Origin: Iphione sp. A-MEVVRFRX5
Lineage: Eukaryota
Reading direction: 5' to 3'
DNA: 64,000 nucleotides
Assembly (NCBI GenBank): GCA_976226885.1
Contig: OZ320313.1
Coordinates: 65,596,001 to 65,660,000, forward strand
Below the pieces are notes generated by a model that made no database searches, was not told the origin of the DNA, and saw only the letters and a program-made list of their open reading frames with translations. Both the position numbers and the translations under genes were made by a program. Below are positions 38,691 to 53,218 of the stretch, one piece after another; within the stretch, counting starts at the first letter, position 1; the number at the start of each line of letters is the position of its first letter.

Positions 38691-41600
38691 TCCACAATGC
38701 ATTGGAACCAGGGAACATATCGCAGCAATGCCTTTTTATATAGGGTAGGTAATCAGTTCACTGCATGGTAGGTTTCAAAGTTGACTTCAATCATTACAAA
38801 GTGGAAGCGAGTAAAACTGCAACCAGTCTTAAATTTGTTTACTGATTCTGTATGGCTGTTTGTGTGCAGTGGTATGGAGGTACACTACCACATCATTATA
38901 CCTAATGGAGCTGTGCTGGATCCTGTGTGTTAGACCGTCAATCCACCGAACACATGCATCATAGGTAGGCCTACACCCTTTACGAGACAGTACCGTGTAC
39001 AACAGTTCTTACATTCATTCTCTGCTGATACTATACACTTAACTTCCAAAGTGCAGTCAAACAATGCAAGAAGGTCAGCCAATACTTCGTTAAACATGAA
39101 ATCTGAACGTATTTGAGAAGTACTGTAGCACAATATTGATTCATGTTTCAGTGCAACATGCTTCAGAACAGACAGCTACACGTTGTGATACTATATCCTG
39201 CATATGTATATTGTATAGGTATGTATCAACTTTATTTTCAGTAATGTAAACCTAAGACTGTAAACCTAAGAATTATGGACTGCAGCCACGTAGAATATTC
39301 ATCATAGTCATTCATGGCGAGTGAACTTGTGTTCACAAGTAGGCCTATGCACTACACATAGCTTTACAGGGGTTTAGTTTGATTTCAGTCTTGAATAAAT
39401 AATTGCATGAAAGCATTGTTTAAGGAGGTATCTTTAGACACCAAAGTACATTTACATGTATCTCCAAACCTCCAGAGTTCTAGACTTGCCCCTAAAGTAG
39501 CATATTCTACAACGGGACAACCAATATAAAAATAGAGGTACTGGTATGAGGATTTGATTACTACTCGGTAAATACCACATCATGTAATAAATAGTTGCAC
39601 CCAAAACAGGCATTTCAATATGCACCTACATGTGCATGTATGTATCACAGCATGTCCAACTTAAATTTGAATCGATATACCATTGGTGTTGTTGATTTTT
39701 CACTGGAATGGAATATTAAATTACAACAGACACCCTCTAATACGAATACTGGAGAAACCAACTACATGTACTTCTACTCTCAATGGATGATTGCCTCTAA
39801 CAGAGAAGTGTTTCTCTTATATACGACTATAATATGTACTGAATATTAAAGCTGTATTTGTATACAGCTGTATACGGAAATGCGTGTCAGTCTTATGTTC
39901 AAATGAAACAATGCAAATAACTGGACGCAAGTTAGGCACCTGCTTTGTAGTGCAAGCTCTGACCTGTCTTGTGCTCTGAGTTCGTGTGCCAAAAAGTACC
40001 TTTCAACTGGTCAGCGTATAAAGCGATTAGTTCAATCCAGGACGTACCTACGCTTAGCCAGCCTCCACAGAGGAACACATGTGAAGTAGAGAACAGATAT
40101 ATACATACATGTGTATATGTACATGCAAATGACGTCCGACACTATAACATGTATATATGATTACACTCTGCTGACCTAACACCTCTTCAATCAACCTCAG
40201 TGATTTGTAATGATGATATTTCTGGGCTCCCCTTACATGTACATTTGTGCACGTGCATATACGCGTACACTGTAAATCTGTTTCGAGCAGCTGGTATTCC
40301 TGAGCAACACTGTCAAAAAGAGAATTTATTCGGTAAATTTGGATCGGAGCCATTTTTGATATACATATATATGTATACATGGCTTGTATTTTTGACCAGA
40401 AAGAAATGTTTCTTTCAAGGGTTCGCCAAACGTGATATCTCAAAATAAAGTGTATAGAAAGCATTCACACACGGAGAGAAAGGTCTCTGTAAGTGTGTGC
40501 GCATGATCCTTATGCGTGAACTGATACGACAAAAATCACATAGGGTTGTCCTTTTCGGGGTTTCGGTGATCAAGAAATTTCGATTGAGGACACTATGGTT
40601 CTAACAGAAACCAGCGATTATTTGGCCGCACCCATTTTGAGATCTGGGTATCATGCCTTCCTTTGTTTCAGCCCCTACTCTTTTCGGATCTAGGAAGCAT
40701 AGACAGATCGGAGGGAGGATCTGAGAGATAGGCGCCCCATAAACTTATAGAAATGAGCCCCATTCTTTCAGGCCACAACTAGGCGCCCCCAAGATTATCT
40801 ATTTTGGTCCAGATTTGCCTTCCCTTGGACTATACCCTCTCTCAATTCGTTCCACATCCAAAATTTTTTATTTTTCTTTATACAGGTATATTTTTAATCT
40901 CTGCGCTTTCTTCTCTTTTCGTGGATAGTTTCGACTCATCTATATCTCTCCATGTTGTTATCCTTCAGCTTCTGCGTTTCAAGGGCTGCGTTCTTTTTGT
41001 TTCTCCTCTCCTGGCTATCCCTTATGGACTAATATCATCAACACAATACTCATTCCAAGAAAACACACTTGCTTTTGCTGGAGACAATTTATTTACAAAG
41101 CAGGCAAACATGACAGTGCCTTGGGCGCCGGATGATCCTATGAGGACCGGACCTGGGTGACCCCGGCCGATGCTTAGGTGTCCTCTAGAACGCGCTGGCG
41201 CTATGTGACGTCACGCGATGCTGTGCAGCAATGTCACCTTGCGTTGCTCTGCGTACATCCGTTGGCTGAACCAAGCTGAGGACGGATTACTGGGCGGTCA
41301 CCTGCACAGCTCCAGCGGCCAACAATCCGGGCAATTGACGCGGTAGGAGGTATCGACATCACACACAACAACAACAATGCATCAACCGTATAGTAATTTT
41401 CATTAATGATTACGAATAGACACGACTGGGACTAATTAAAAGCGAAAACATCGCCCCGTCGATTAGGCGGACCCTTCGAGCGTGAATCGCTGAATAGAGT
41501 CTGCGCATAAAGAGACATTTAAGCGATTAAGCTCTTTGTTGTCAAGTTTTATAGCTATCGCATGTATTTATATGCCCCTGATTTTGTTCTACATGGGCTA

Positions 41601-44600
41601 TTTGTTTTGCACCAACAGGCATATAAAAGGGTCCTTAAGTTCACGGCTTTTATGTACATTTAGGTATAAACTGGTGTCTATATATAGAGTTATCACGTTG
41701 TAGTTATGCAGGAATATTGACAAAAAGCGCCTACATGCATGCAAAAACCCAGTAAATGTACATACTGCGTATGACAATTCAGACGTAGGGCAGAAGAATA
41801 TACAAATAAAACAAGTTATACGACAGAGCTTTTTCACCTATTTACATCTGAAGAATGAAAAAGACAAAATGTCACATAAAAAAAACACGACACCCAATTT
41901 GCCATTCTTCATTAAAGATGCTTTAAGGCACTCCTGTCTTATTGGATTCAAGAATATAAAAAATCTTTGTCATTAAGGTCTTGTTCAACAATAGTGGAGA
42001 CATTTAACAAACAAAGATTCCAAGCCTATATATGAAGGGATGTACTGTTAGCGCGGTATAGATTTGTGCAGACAGCCTTCTTGATGGAAGAGCTACTATG
42101 ACTGGTTCATGTGTCTTTGGCATGCTCCTTGATGAAACATTTTGAAATGTTTCCTAAACTGTCGTCAGCAAAGTTGATGTAGCATATAGAAATTGAAGGA
42201 CCTTTGCCTATGTCGTCTCGGGGACGCTTTTCTGTGTACATTGCCTCGTGAGTATAAAATTAGGTGTGGAAGATGCTGCTGGAAGAGAAACTAAAACTCA
42301 GTGTGAAGATGAACAGGTATGTGGCAGCAAAGTGGAAAGGCATTAGGAAGAGAAAATAGCGAATAGAAGTGCAGGTGGGAGTAGGAGTGGATGGGAAGAA
42401 CCAGAATGGTAGACTATAATTTGGAGGCGGGCCGTAGGAGGAGTACAGGGCAATTTTCGTGGATGGGAGTGTGCACAGGAGAGGCACTTCTCTTACTGCC
42501 TCGCTAGATACGTTTAATGTGTACCACTAACATTTTGAAAAAAATAACGTTAGCAAACATAGGCCTACATAAAGAGGAAAACTAAAGTCAAACCACGTAA
42601 ACTTGCATGTGTGGTATTAATGTATTAACTGTTGATAGAAATGTAAATTTATCATTACTTTTTTAGACCTTGCAAACACACCAAGCAAACATGAACGTTT
42701 TCTCGTCTCCACGTCAATACGGAAATACATTAATTTGGTTGAAGGACATCCATTAACATTTTTTTTAAATCCATGGTAACAACAAGACCTTCAAAACGAG
42801 TCTGACTTTAAATATATATTTCTATAATATTGGGAATACTATGTACATTTCTGTCAAAAACCAGAGTATCTCCTCTATATGATTTGCAACAATGTCAATG
42901 TAGTTAATATATTTCCAGACCGAAGCAGACCTCAACGTCTAACTGCCTTGTCTCTTTCTGCACTCAGGTAGGAGGAGAGCCGTGTCTCATATATGGGATT
43001 ACTATAAGCAGTTTAGATCGAATACAATCATTGTAAATTTGCGTGTCCGTTTTCCCTGTTTACGAAGGCCGCACGGGATGCCTTCTAATGAAAACCTACT
43101 TGTAAACTATGATTAAGTGTCATCCTCTCTAGTGCATCACAAACCTACGCCAGACGCGCAGGCCGTTCGGGCTTCAATCTCTTTCATATCGTTATGTCAC
43201 CCATTGTCGTAGTGTACCATCACGCAATGGACCAGCATGGATGACGTAACCAAGACTACAGAGCATTTGTCTTCCGGTCGCTGTCTATCGATTGGCGGCT
43301 GGAAGGAAGAAGGAGGGGGGGGGGGTACGGCTGTGAGGGTTTCACATAATAGTATGGATAGTATTAGGCAAGACATTTACAGACTCATCTTTGGGCTTTA
43401 CACAATCCCGTGAAGGGTACCACTTTATCACAGAAGACAAGATTATAGATTATGAATAGATTTGTGGTGATGAATAAGTGCACACCTTTAAATCAGTAAG
43501 ATGACACACTGCTTGCATCGTATTGAAAACACCGTGCCTCTTCAAATGTTGTCCTCCGTCATATTATCTCTGCTGTGCAATGCTAGAAAGGGTGGATATA
43601 CCACTATGCATACATTGCACATGTATATAAGCCTATAAACCACCTCCTCCTGGTGACAAATCGACGTATGTGTTGTACATGCGTTAACACACTATTTGGC
43701 GTTATGTGTTGTTCTGTGGGCGAGTTTATTGAACGAGACTAATTGAAACAGAACTAGGCGTTATCGGTCACTGGTCTGCTCCAGAGCATGGGTTATTGAT
43801 GTTCAAGAGCCGGATGGAAAGAATGATAGGGGTTGTGGAGGGGTAGGGGTGGGGAGCCGGGGAGGAGAGAACTGACATTGGTGCATAGCGGGGCCCCGGG
43901 GATATAAGCGCCTGGTGGTGCTGGGTGTAAAGCAATGTCTATCCATGAGCCCTGTGCAACAAATGGAAGAGATGGAGCAGGCAATCCCATTTCCGATTAT
44001 GATTACCAATTTATATTTACATTCCTATTGGTTGTACCAGAATAGACGGAGGGGTATTTTCAGAGGCGCTGCACATGCCACACTACACGAGCACCATACA
44101 CACGGCGAAATTTATACGTCCCTCAAGGAACGCTGCCTCACTCAAAGAATCCGCTCAGCGATAACTGATTGCTATAAGCCAATATGTGCGTTTAACTCCT
44201 TCAGCTGCAGTACATGTATATATTCGACAGCATCAACAGAATCGTCATATTAAATAAGTACAATTTTAAAATAGTTGCATTCCTCAAGGTAATGCATTTG
44301 TACATCTTCAACTGCTAATTCACAAATTGATTTAGAGTCAAGTGACTCTCATTAAAATCAAATTGTATGTGTTCGCTCACATGTAAAGTAGAACCTCTAA
44401 TGCCGGATTTTCCAATTTGTAACCAGTCTCATTATTACGACCAGCTCAGGCACGAACCAATTTCTATAATAACAATTACTGATTTCTGACCAAATTCTCC
44501 AATACAACCACTTCAGGTGGGGCCCTATGGCTGGTCGGAAATAGAGGTTCGACTTTGTATATATATTATATGATATCCAAATACAGGGATACAGTAAGAT

Positions 44601-45153
44601 AGTTTCAGTGTACTTATGTCTAATCTCATGGCCCAACTGTGAGCCCGCTGTATCCTCTTTTCATCGTTGTAATCATTTCAGGTAGGTAGCTTTCTAAAGC
44701 ATTCACCTTATCAACAATAAAGCAGTGTCACTTAATTTGCTGGTTCATGAATATTTTCCCACACTGGTCATTGGCAATGAGAGAACGACATCCCAAGGCA
44801 TGTTATATATCATGTTTTTACCTGTGATCTTTAGGATAATTTAATAGTGGCATGTTCTAACTATTCCTCTACGCTTACATTATGCATCACTCCATAACCA
44901 AACTTACCTCATACCAGTTCCGAGGTTACAGTCTTAATCATGTTTACATCTATATATAATAACAAGTATACAGTTTTTAACGTATTTCTGGGCTTCTCAA
45001 TCTTTTAAACACTTTAAATGTGTATACAGAAAAAGATTAATGACTTCGGTATCTAGGACTGCAAATACATACACAACAATCAACACTAGCTTATTGAATG
45101 TGTAAGTAGCCTAATATAAACTTTGTATTTAATAGAACCACATTAACATGTTA

Positions 45154-45522
45154 AGGCCCCCCCCCCAAAATAGGTGTGTTTCTGGTAACCCACCCCTACC
45201 TAGAAAAACATCACCCTACCTAACATTTTTTTGGCCTCAAGGAGTTTCAAAGGCTGAATTTCCACAGATATGTGTTTTCACAAAACATATTTTCAGTAAA
45301 TTCAGTAGAAAAACAAAATCCATAGAAATTCAATAAAAAACTGTAAAACTCATGCAAATTGGTCAACATTCTTCATATTATCTTTATTATTTTTGAAAAC
45401 CAGAGGAAGAAAGTGGAAAAAAATATTTATAAAAATACCCCCCTCCCAACCTAGGTTTTTGGTTAGACATTACCAGAAACGCACCTTTTATTTATTTATT
45501 TATCTTTTTTTTGGGGGGGGCT
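45154..45522. mobile_element. MITE-like element with imperfect terminal inverted repeats (possibly TTAA-targeting)
   Basis: Left end TTAAGGCCCCCCCCCCAAAATAGGTGTGTTTCTGGTAA. Right end TTACCAGAAACGCACCTTTT...TTGGGGGGGGCT. Confidence 0.6.
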
Positions 45523-48500
45523 GAATACCCTATCAATGTTTACAGTGTTTGGATGCTTGCAAGTTACGAAAGTCATAAAACGTCTGCACAAGTTGAATAA
45601 ACGTTTTAAATACTACCCAACACAATAATTCATGAAGAACCACGCGGCATGTAACCAACTTTGAAATAAAAAATGACCCCCAAAATCAATTGAAAAATGT
45701 CAACCATAACCGTAGAACTGCACGATTGGAAATCTTTGCCCGGCAAATCCCTTTTACAAGGATAGTCGTCTGAAACAAACGTCATTCAGATAGATGCACC
45801 ATAAAGATGTTGATAACGAATATAAGTTTATCCTTCCTTTGTAATATTGTACTAAGAAACAATTTCAAGGAAATGATTGCTGATCAAGGCTAAGTGTGCG
45901 AAGATGCACATAATACAGGTCCGATGGACAGGAAGAAACGTCTGCGTTACAAACCTTTATAGAATAAAACCACCTAATCCTTTTTATTTTTAGGTACAGG
46001 TACAATCAACGAAAGCATTGATCCTGCAGGGTATTCTCACTAGTCTTTTACGATGCTCTTCCTCAGCACATGGTCGGACACAATGCTCTTCGCCTCTCTC
46101 TCCATCCAAGCCTCCTCCGGTGGCCCTTGGATGGTAGTGTTCAACTTTTTTCCCAACACTGCCTGCTGCCCCCCCATCGCCTCACGACTGACATTCCAGC
46201 AACGACTTACAGGTAAGCAATCGACGCTCGCAGCAGATGCCAAACCAGAAGGGGCCGACTAGGCATGCACACAGTTACCATTCATCTTCCGGCGGTGGTG
46301 CGTCTAGCCGCCAGCTGACAGTGCCAATCAGAAAACGGGATGCAACTTGTGGCACGTTTCGGGCTAAAACAGGCTGTCGACACCGGCCTCAAGCAACCAG
46401 CGGATATGATGCCCACCGTTCACGTTTGTATCTTTGCTGTTGGACCCATCTTACTGCATTCCCTTTTCGCGTTTTAGGCTCGGATTTTCGAGAAAAGAAT
46501 TTGCAACCGTGGTAGCATCTCTTACATGACATGTTCCTGCAGGAGAAGTTGCTAGGGGAGGGGGGGCAATTAAAGGTTCCCCAGCTTGAAGCTATAAAAC
46601 TGGTGATGAACAATCATGAGCACGATTGTGTTGATCAGGCACTAAACGTCGCCTTGAGTGCAAACTCTCGTTGGGTTTGTGCTAATAATACTTGTACATA
46701 TATACATATATACCCCTATCTAATGGGAATGCTAGCCTCTTATTCAGTCTTCAAGGATGCCAGAGGAAAGGTCTGTGGAACCATGGTTCAAATTTCAAAA
46801 GTCGACTTAGGGTGAAGGTTGCTTCTAGGCAAGCCTCTGAACATTGGAAGGTCATACTGCTGGCGCCACCAGTAGGCGGCAGTCAGAATGATAGCAGACC
46901 GAGCAGCTCGATGTTTTGTTGTTTTTTAGCTTCCGTAGAAGGAAAACAACTTCAAGCTCAAAATAAAACTTTTTTAACCAGATATGAATGTGAAACTTTT
47001 TCTTTAGGGTTGTAACTTTATCAATTAAAAACTGCATCTCCCAGAGGCATTTAGCTATATTGATCACGGATTCGGTCGTTTTTTGAATCCGTTAGAATAT
47101 GAACGGTGACGAAACTGGAAATATTATTTAGTATAATAACTACACACGAACACAGGGAACAGTCCACAACGGATTATTTCAAGCCTCCTTAATGAATATA
47201 ATGTAAATTAGGTGTGTAAATACGATTACATGCGTGGAATGTATACTTATAATCTAAATAAATATTCTTTTACATGTTGTGCGCGGCTGCTGTGAGGTGA
47301 CTCAATATAGTGGGCCATCCCTCATCTCCGTCAAATCCCTCTCTCCCTGTCCTCTAATGCCCTTGAGGGGTGATGTCGCCACCAATAATCTGCCACATGT
47401 TCTGGACATCTTGGCTGCTGTTATTTACTCGCGTGTTTGGAGCTCATGCCTTGATCGTGGGTATCTTTTCCGAGACGTTTACACAGCGTAAAAACATGAA
47501 AACAAAGCAAAGCAGTTACATGTAGGCATACATGTATACTTTTTGCACATTCCATTTCCTGTTACGAAAAGAATGGATCATATCAAGGACGTCACTCCTA
47601 TGTATCCTGTCAAGGTGTCATCAAATCTTTTTTAACGCAGATCGTGTTCCTTGAAACAAATATACAGGTTTGATCCTGCTCTGAAACCTCGAAATAATGG
47701 TTCTTCATATGCCTGCGGGATTGGTGTAAGTGCTGTTGAAGATGATAAATCACCAATTTTGGTAATATTGGCTGTCATAATTTGCTATTTAGAGTATCAC
47801 TTATAATAAACCAGAATAACCGAAGCCTAAATCGGTAAGAGTGTCGACGTAGTTATATACATTCTGCCCTTTTAACCTCCGCCAAACACATTTGACTTGC
47901 CTTCTTAGGATTTCCCAGACCTTTCCTTCTGGAGTTTCCCCATTTAGACTTCCGGCCCACCCTGTCCCTCGGCCTCAATCCAGTCAGATATAGAAACAGT
48001 AGGGACCTGTTAGAGCGCGGCGAAATTCTTTTGAACAAGGCGAAGGTCATTGTATTAAAGACGAATATGATGATCATTTTTACATCTTGTTTGATTTAGT
48101 AGTGTTTCAGTTGATACATAATTATGTGCTTACACGTGACCTCTGTCTTGGACGGTGACGTGAATGTGATGCATACAGAATATATAATATTGTACATGTA
48201 ATGGAAAACGGTGACTTAGAAAATTTTTCTTATTATTTATCTCTTTTACTCTTCTCATGATAGTTCGATACCTAAAAGAGATTTGATCTGGATGAGATTT
48301 GAGTTTAGAATGATGCATTTACAGTTTATCGTGGGTCAACATCCGGGGAGGGATGCAGTTCTTAAGAGATAAAGGTGACAATCCAGGGAGACAGATTCAT
48401 AGGGAAGTCAGTGGGGATGGTGGGGTATTATTCGTTGGGCAGCGCGATGTAACTTCAAGGAGGGCAATGCATTCATCAGCAAAAGAAAATGAACACATGC

Positions 48501-51500
48501 TGTTCTTTCTTATTGGACAACAATGTATTGATTTGTTTTGAATAAGCAGAAACAGAACTGAAGCAAGTCATTTCCCCCAGATTTTTCATATTTCTGTATT
48601 AATGGTACAGCTTAGATATCAGATAATTATGAAGCGTTGTATGATCACAAGTTTATATATCCGTTCCAAGATGAACAAAAATTAAACGAGAAAATAACTG
48701 CTGCCACCCCCATCTCCTCCCCAGCCCTCCCCCGATGGCAGGGAACGGTCGCAAGTGATTGACTCGACTTTGTCAGGCGATCATTTCATTGCCGTTGTGT
48801 GGTGAAGATAGTGGCTGGCGTGCCAGTGCGGGGATTGATACATGTTCCACGCCTGTGTGAGCACACATCTCCGCCATACCTTACATGCGGCTGGCTTACT
48901 CTACACGTCTCTGAATCCCCTTTCAATGTGAGTTCCACCGACCATCAGAACCGATAAATGCTGTCTTCCCATTTCTCAGCAGAGTCGCTGATTTCTCTGC
49001 GCCGGTCTTCTAAATGAAAACTAACTACTTACGAGAGATTTGCGTTTTGCCGCCCTGTGCCCACGTACCTCTTTACACCATTGGCAACTACACTAATGAG
49101 CATTTAGTTTGTTTCACGAGGGAAGCCACAGGAAACAACCATCCGGGCTTTTACCTCTTCTCGTAATGATGATTGCCAACCTGGATTACCACCAGTCACT
49201 TTGAAGTTTGCCCAATCCCAAACATCATCCGATGTAAAAACTCTAAGTCGGCCAGACCATTGGACTCCTACAAAGGAGATTTAGATCGAGGCGTCTCAGT
49301 ATTTGTGAGATGCTTCGCACAAAGAAACTTGGAGTGGCGAAGGCTGGGTTGTATAAGATATATATATATATAAATGTATATATATATGTGTGTATATACA
49401 TAGGTAGAAAGCTTAAATGATCAGCCCACCTTTCCGTGTTCAGAGAGATGCAGACTCGGCATTATTCTTGTATTTGATATTTCCATGCACTCTTAGAGCC
49501 TTTGAAAGCTGAGTCATGTCTATAATAGATGTTGAGCTAAAAACTATTTCAGGCAGGTTTTTACCATCCATGAGCTCACACAGGTATTTTCCTTCTCACA
49601 TGATTGCATGTGGTGACCTTTTGCATTAACACCCTCTCGAATGTCTTTTTTCCCTTCAACGTTGAAATTCACTTCTTGTTTGAACGCAATAGTCATTTTT
49701 CAACGCCCTTCCTTTTTCATCTTCCTTTTTATATTTACAAAACAGCGCGCGAAGACACAAAAATGGACCACAGTCGCCAAGCAGAAAACATAAACGGGAC
49801 CATGTTAGTGTTCTCGCTCCTCGTCTCCTTCTATTTTCTCCCAGTTACATACAGGTTCTGTCACAGGAGAAGCGAGGCAGTAAATGCAATCCTTAGTGTA
49901 TTACACAGTAGACGATGCAATATCTATGCACTGGTACAAATGGTTACCGTAGGATAGGACAACGTTTTAGAGTAAAGATAACAATGTAGCTCTCCCATCG
50001 CCAACTAGCATACGCTTGAGACGTGTCTTCTCAGGGATGCACTGCGTGAAAGGTAACACGATTAGCCTGATTCATAGGCTGAAACTGAAATACATGGTAT
50101 ATTGGGCTCGAATATTTATTTATCGGAATATTAAGAACAGCTATACAGCCATTGATACCTTATCTAAATATTGCACATCTCACATATAAACGAACCTGGG
50201 ATTAATACACTAAGAAAAACACAATTGTGACAGTCAGACACAAGGGTATAGTAATACAAGATTAGAGAAAGGGATATCGTGTTTTTCTGCCTGTATCGAC
50301 AAATTTAAGACTGCGTATTCCGATAGCGTAGCTAGTAGCCAGGAAAAAGGATATCTAGTCTGACACCTCCGATGTAATGACGTGAATATCTACGTTCGCC
50401 CTTATTGCCGTACTTCATATAACATTGTTCTTAGATGTAAATTCCCTTAAATCTCGAGACCTTCATGTTATATCCATGTAAGAATGTAGTTCGTATACTC
50501 TCAGCTAGTGCAATAACTTCATTACACTTTGTTGAATTCGCCATGTACTTACAGAGAATGGATGGTAAGAATGCTTTGCCATCCAATTTTGCTGCCTTTT
50601 CACCTTCGAATGGCGCCACGCTTTGAACAGCATGACGCATTAAACTTTCAGAGAGCCAACAATCCCTACCGTCCATCCGTCGATGTGTACCTGCAAGGCG
50701 TGTTTGTGAAAGCCAACCTGATTGCTGCTGGTGCAGCGAGGCCGTAGAAATTGTCGGGAAATATTTGGTGGTTCATACGCCATAACTATTGCTTGGGAGA
50801 GAATTCTGGCCGCCCCATCAGCGCGTTGGCGCTGGTGAAGGGGCGAGATGACAAATCACGGCCTCATATCGGTCTTCACGGCAGTACGAACATTGCCCAT
50901 CGGCCGGCGTCCATTCATTGGCTAGCCTGGCCCCGATGGCGAGCTCCTCTCGGCCTCACGACACGACGGGAACCTGGGCACCGTGTGCTGGATGACAACT
51001 GCTCGCACTTGCTCGCGCCGCCGCCCTTGCCAAAATCATATTGCTCAGCGAAGGGAAAACGTCTGCAACGGCCACTGCTGTTTAGTGTGTGTCTACAGCT
51101 ACGTGGCTCTTGCTTCAGGCAGGGTGCAATTGATTTTCAGGTAGAGAGAAATTTTATTTTCAACGTTGCACTTTTTCCCCCTCTCCAATTCCCCTGTCGC
51201 TCATTCTGTCTGGAAAAAACGTGAGGAATTATGGCAGGAGATTCACCATTTGGATTGGTTTTGGAGCAGATGATTTACAGTTTTGACTCTGCATTTGATG
51301 CGATAATTTACTGAATGTATAGGCAAACAGAATCAAGTGACTAAAGAAACCTGATGGAGATAATTTATACGAAAATGTTGAAATTTTAGTTGAAGCGAAG
51401 ACGTCTAGCTTCAAATACTTTTCCACTTTTATTCAACAAAATGTCTCAAACACCCTAATAACTGTGGTGGAGACGTTAAAGCACACAACATAAACCTGGA

Positions 51501-52328
51501 AAATTGCTATCAAGAGTTGTTGGAGATATTTTCTACCCTTTTGCAAAATTAATTTGTACATTTTTTCCATACCCTGTCTAAATTGAGAAAATGGTTGCTA
51601 CTAAAGAAATAGCAAATCGATCCATAAAAAATAGTGTACTAACCACCCCTATATGCCTGGCTGGTTGATAGAAATGCAATTACAGCATCCAAGAACGGCC
51701 AGGTTTAAATAAAATATTTTAACGATGTTTCCAAGTTCCTATGGGGCGATACCTCTTCCGTATAATTTGTGCAACAATATTAAAGGAATCTGGAGGTGAT
51801 TTCTTCTTTATAACCGAGTGTAGACCCTATAGCCATGATTTCTTACATATTGTTATAGAAAGAACCTTTTACCTGGAATCTGATGGCCTTAAATATGTGC
51901 ATTATAGCACAGAGTGTACACCACACCAGCAGGTTGGATATCAGCCTTTATTCTTCTTGTCAGCAATAGTACAGTAAGTCAGCATGTGGCAGCGTCAATG
52001 AAGGTGAGTCTGATGAGAGCATCTGAGCAACTCTTTTATATACTCATTTCCTCAAGACACAAATGTGTAACACATCACGTGAGCTGGACATACTCATTAG
52101 TTAAAGATCAACTACACAATAGGTAGTCTAAGCTTTATACCTCATGATGTCACTAGCGCCCAGTGCCCAGGGTCTCGTAAGGGCTTACTGATAATCGTTA
52201 CATTGTTCCCCTTGTCACTCTACACAAAATACAATGGCTTTACACTGTTTTACCAGAACGGTTTCCACCTAGTGCTGATTTCAAGAACACAAGTACTTTA
52301 GATCTCTCTATTAACATAATAAAGTGCA

Positions 52329-52465
52329 AAAAATGCTGAATTTGATGAGTAAGGGTCCAAAAGTGCTGAATTCGACGAGTAAGGGTCCAAAAAGTGCTGA
52401 AGTTGAAAAGTAAGAGTCCAAAAGATGCTGAATTTGATGAGTAAGGGTCCAAAAAGTGCTGAATT
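52329..52465. repeat. Minisatellite, 30-31 bp unit, about 4.5 copies
   Basis: Unit approximately AAAAGTGCTGAATTTGATGAGTAAGGGTCC. Confidence 0.9.
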
Positions 52466-52856
52466 GTGAAGTGCTTATCACTGTTTCAATAATCATCCCA
52501 AGTGTGAGGTGCATCAGAGAGGTCATGCTTCACACTCCTGGTCTGTTCTAGCCACTCATTCACTTGTTATTTTGGGTGAGAGATCAGAAATTGATAGTAA
52601 AATATACAGAACATGACTTGATATGATATGCTTGGTTATATGATGGTTTTGGTCGGAATTCAATTTGCTCGGTAATTGATAACCTATCAAATTGGTAATT
52701 TATAGATAAAATTTAGGTTCCCAGCTCAAATGGTCACAATAGCCTGTTTGGTCGGAAATCGCAGACTCTACTGTATTTCATCTTATATGCCTCTAAGATA
52801 TGTATATATGCTCAATTTAGTCCATTTGGTTTTTTGATGGCTTAAACTCTCTTTTT

Positions 52857-53218
52857 ATCTGATATTTCTCTGTTAGAAATTTGAACTGATAAGGTGTTCT
52901 CCACAGTTTTCTTTAAAAAAATCAAATGCAGAACAATGATGTCTGCTTATCCAATGAAAAGGATTTATTACAGCAATTACTCCAGAGTTCAGGCATAGTT
53001 TTTGAGTCCATTGAAAGTAAAGGATGGTCACCAACAATGTAAGGCATCTGATATTTCTCCATTAGAAATTTGAACTGATAAGGTGTCCTCCACAGTTTTC
53101 TTTAAAAATATCAAAGGCAGAACAATGACGTCTGCTTATCCAATGAAAAGGATTTATTACAGCGATTACTCCAGAGTTCAGGCATGGAGTCCATTGAATG
53201 TATAGGATGGTCACCAAC
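52857..53218. repeat. Tandem duplication, about 189-bp period (two copies)
   Basis: ATCTGATATTTCTC..TTAGAAATTTGAACTGATAAGGTGT...GGATGGTCACCAAC starts at 52857 and 53046, with high identity. Confidence 0.92.

Noticed and set aside
47550-47760. Fragments resembling a GIY-YIG/Penelope endonuclease (NLYICFKEH, GYIGVTS) on the minus strand
   Set aside because: The motifs are in the wrong order and too short to support a call without an HMM search.
52329-52465. Regular repeats that could resemble a CRISPR array
   Set aside because: No unique spacers, eukaryotic context and no cas genes; an ordinary minisatellite.
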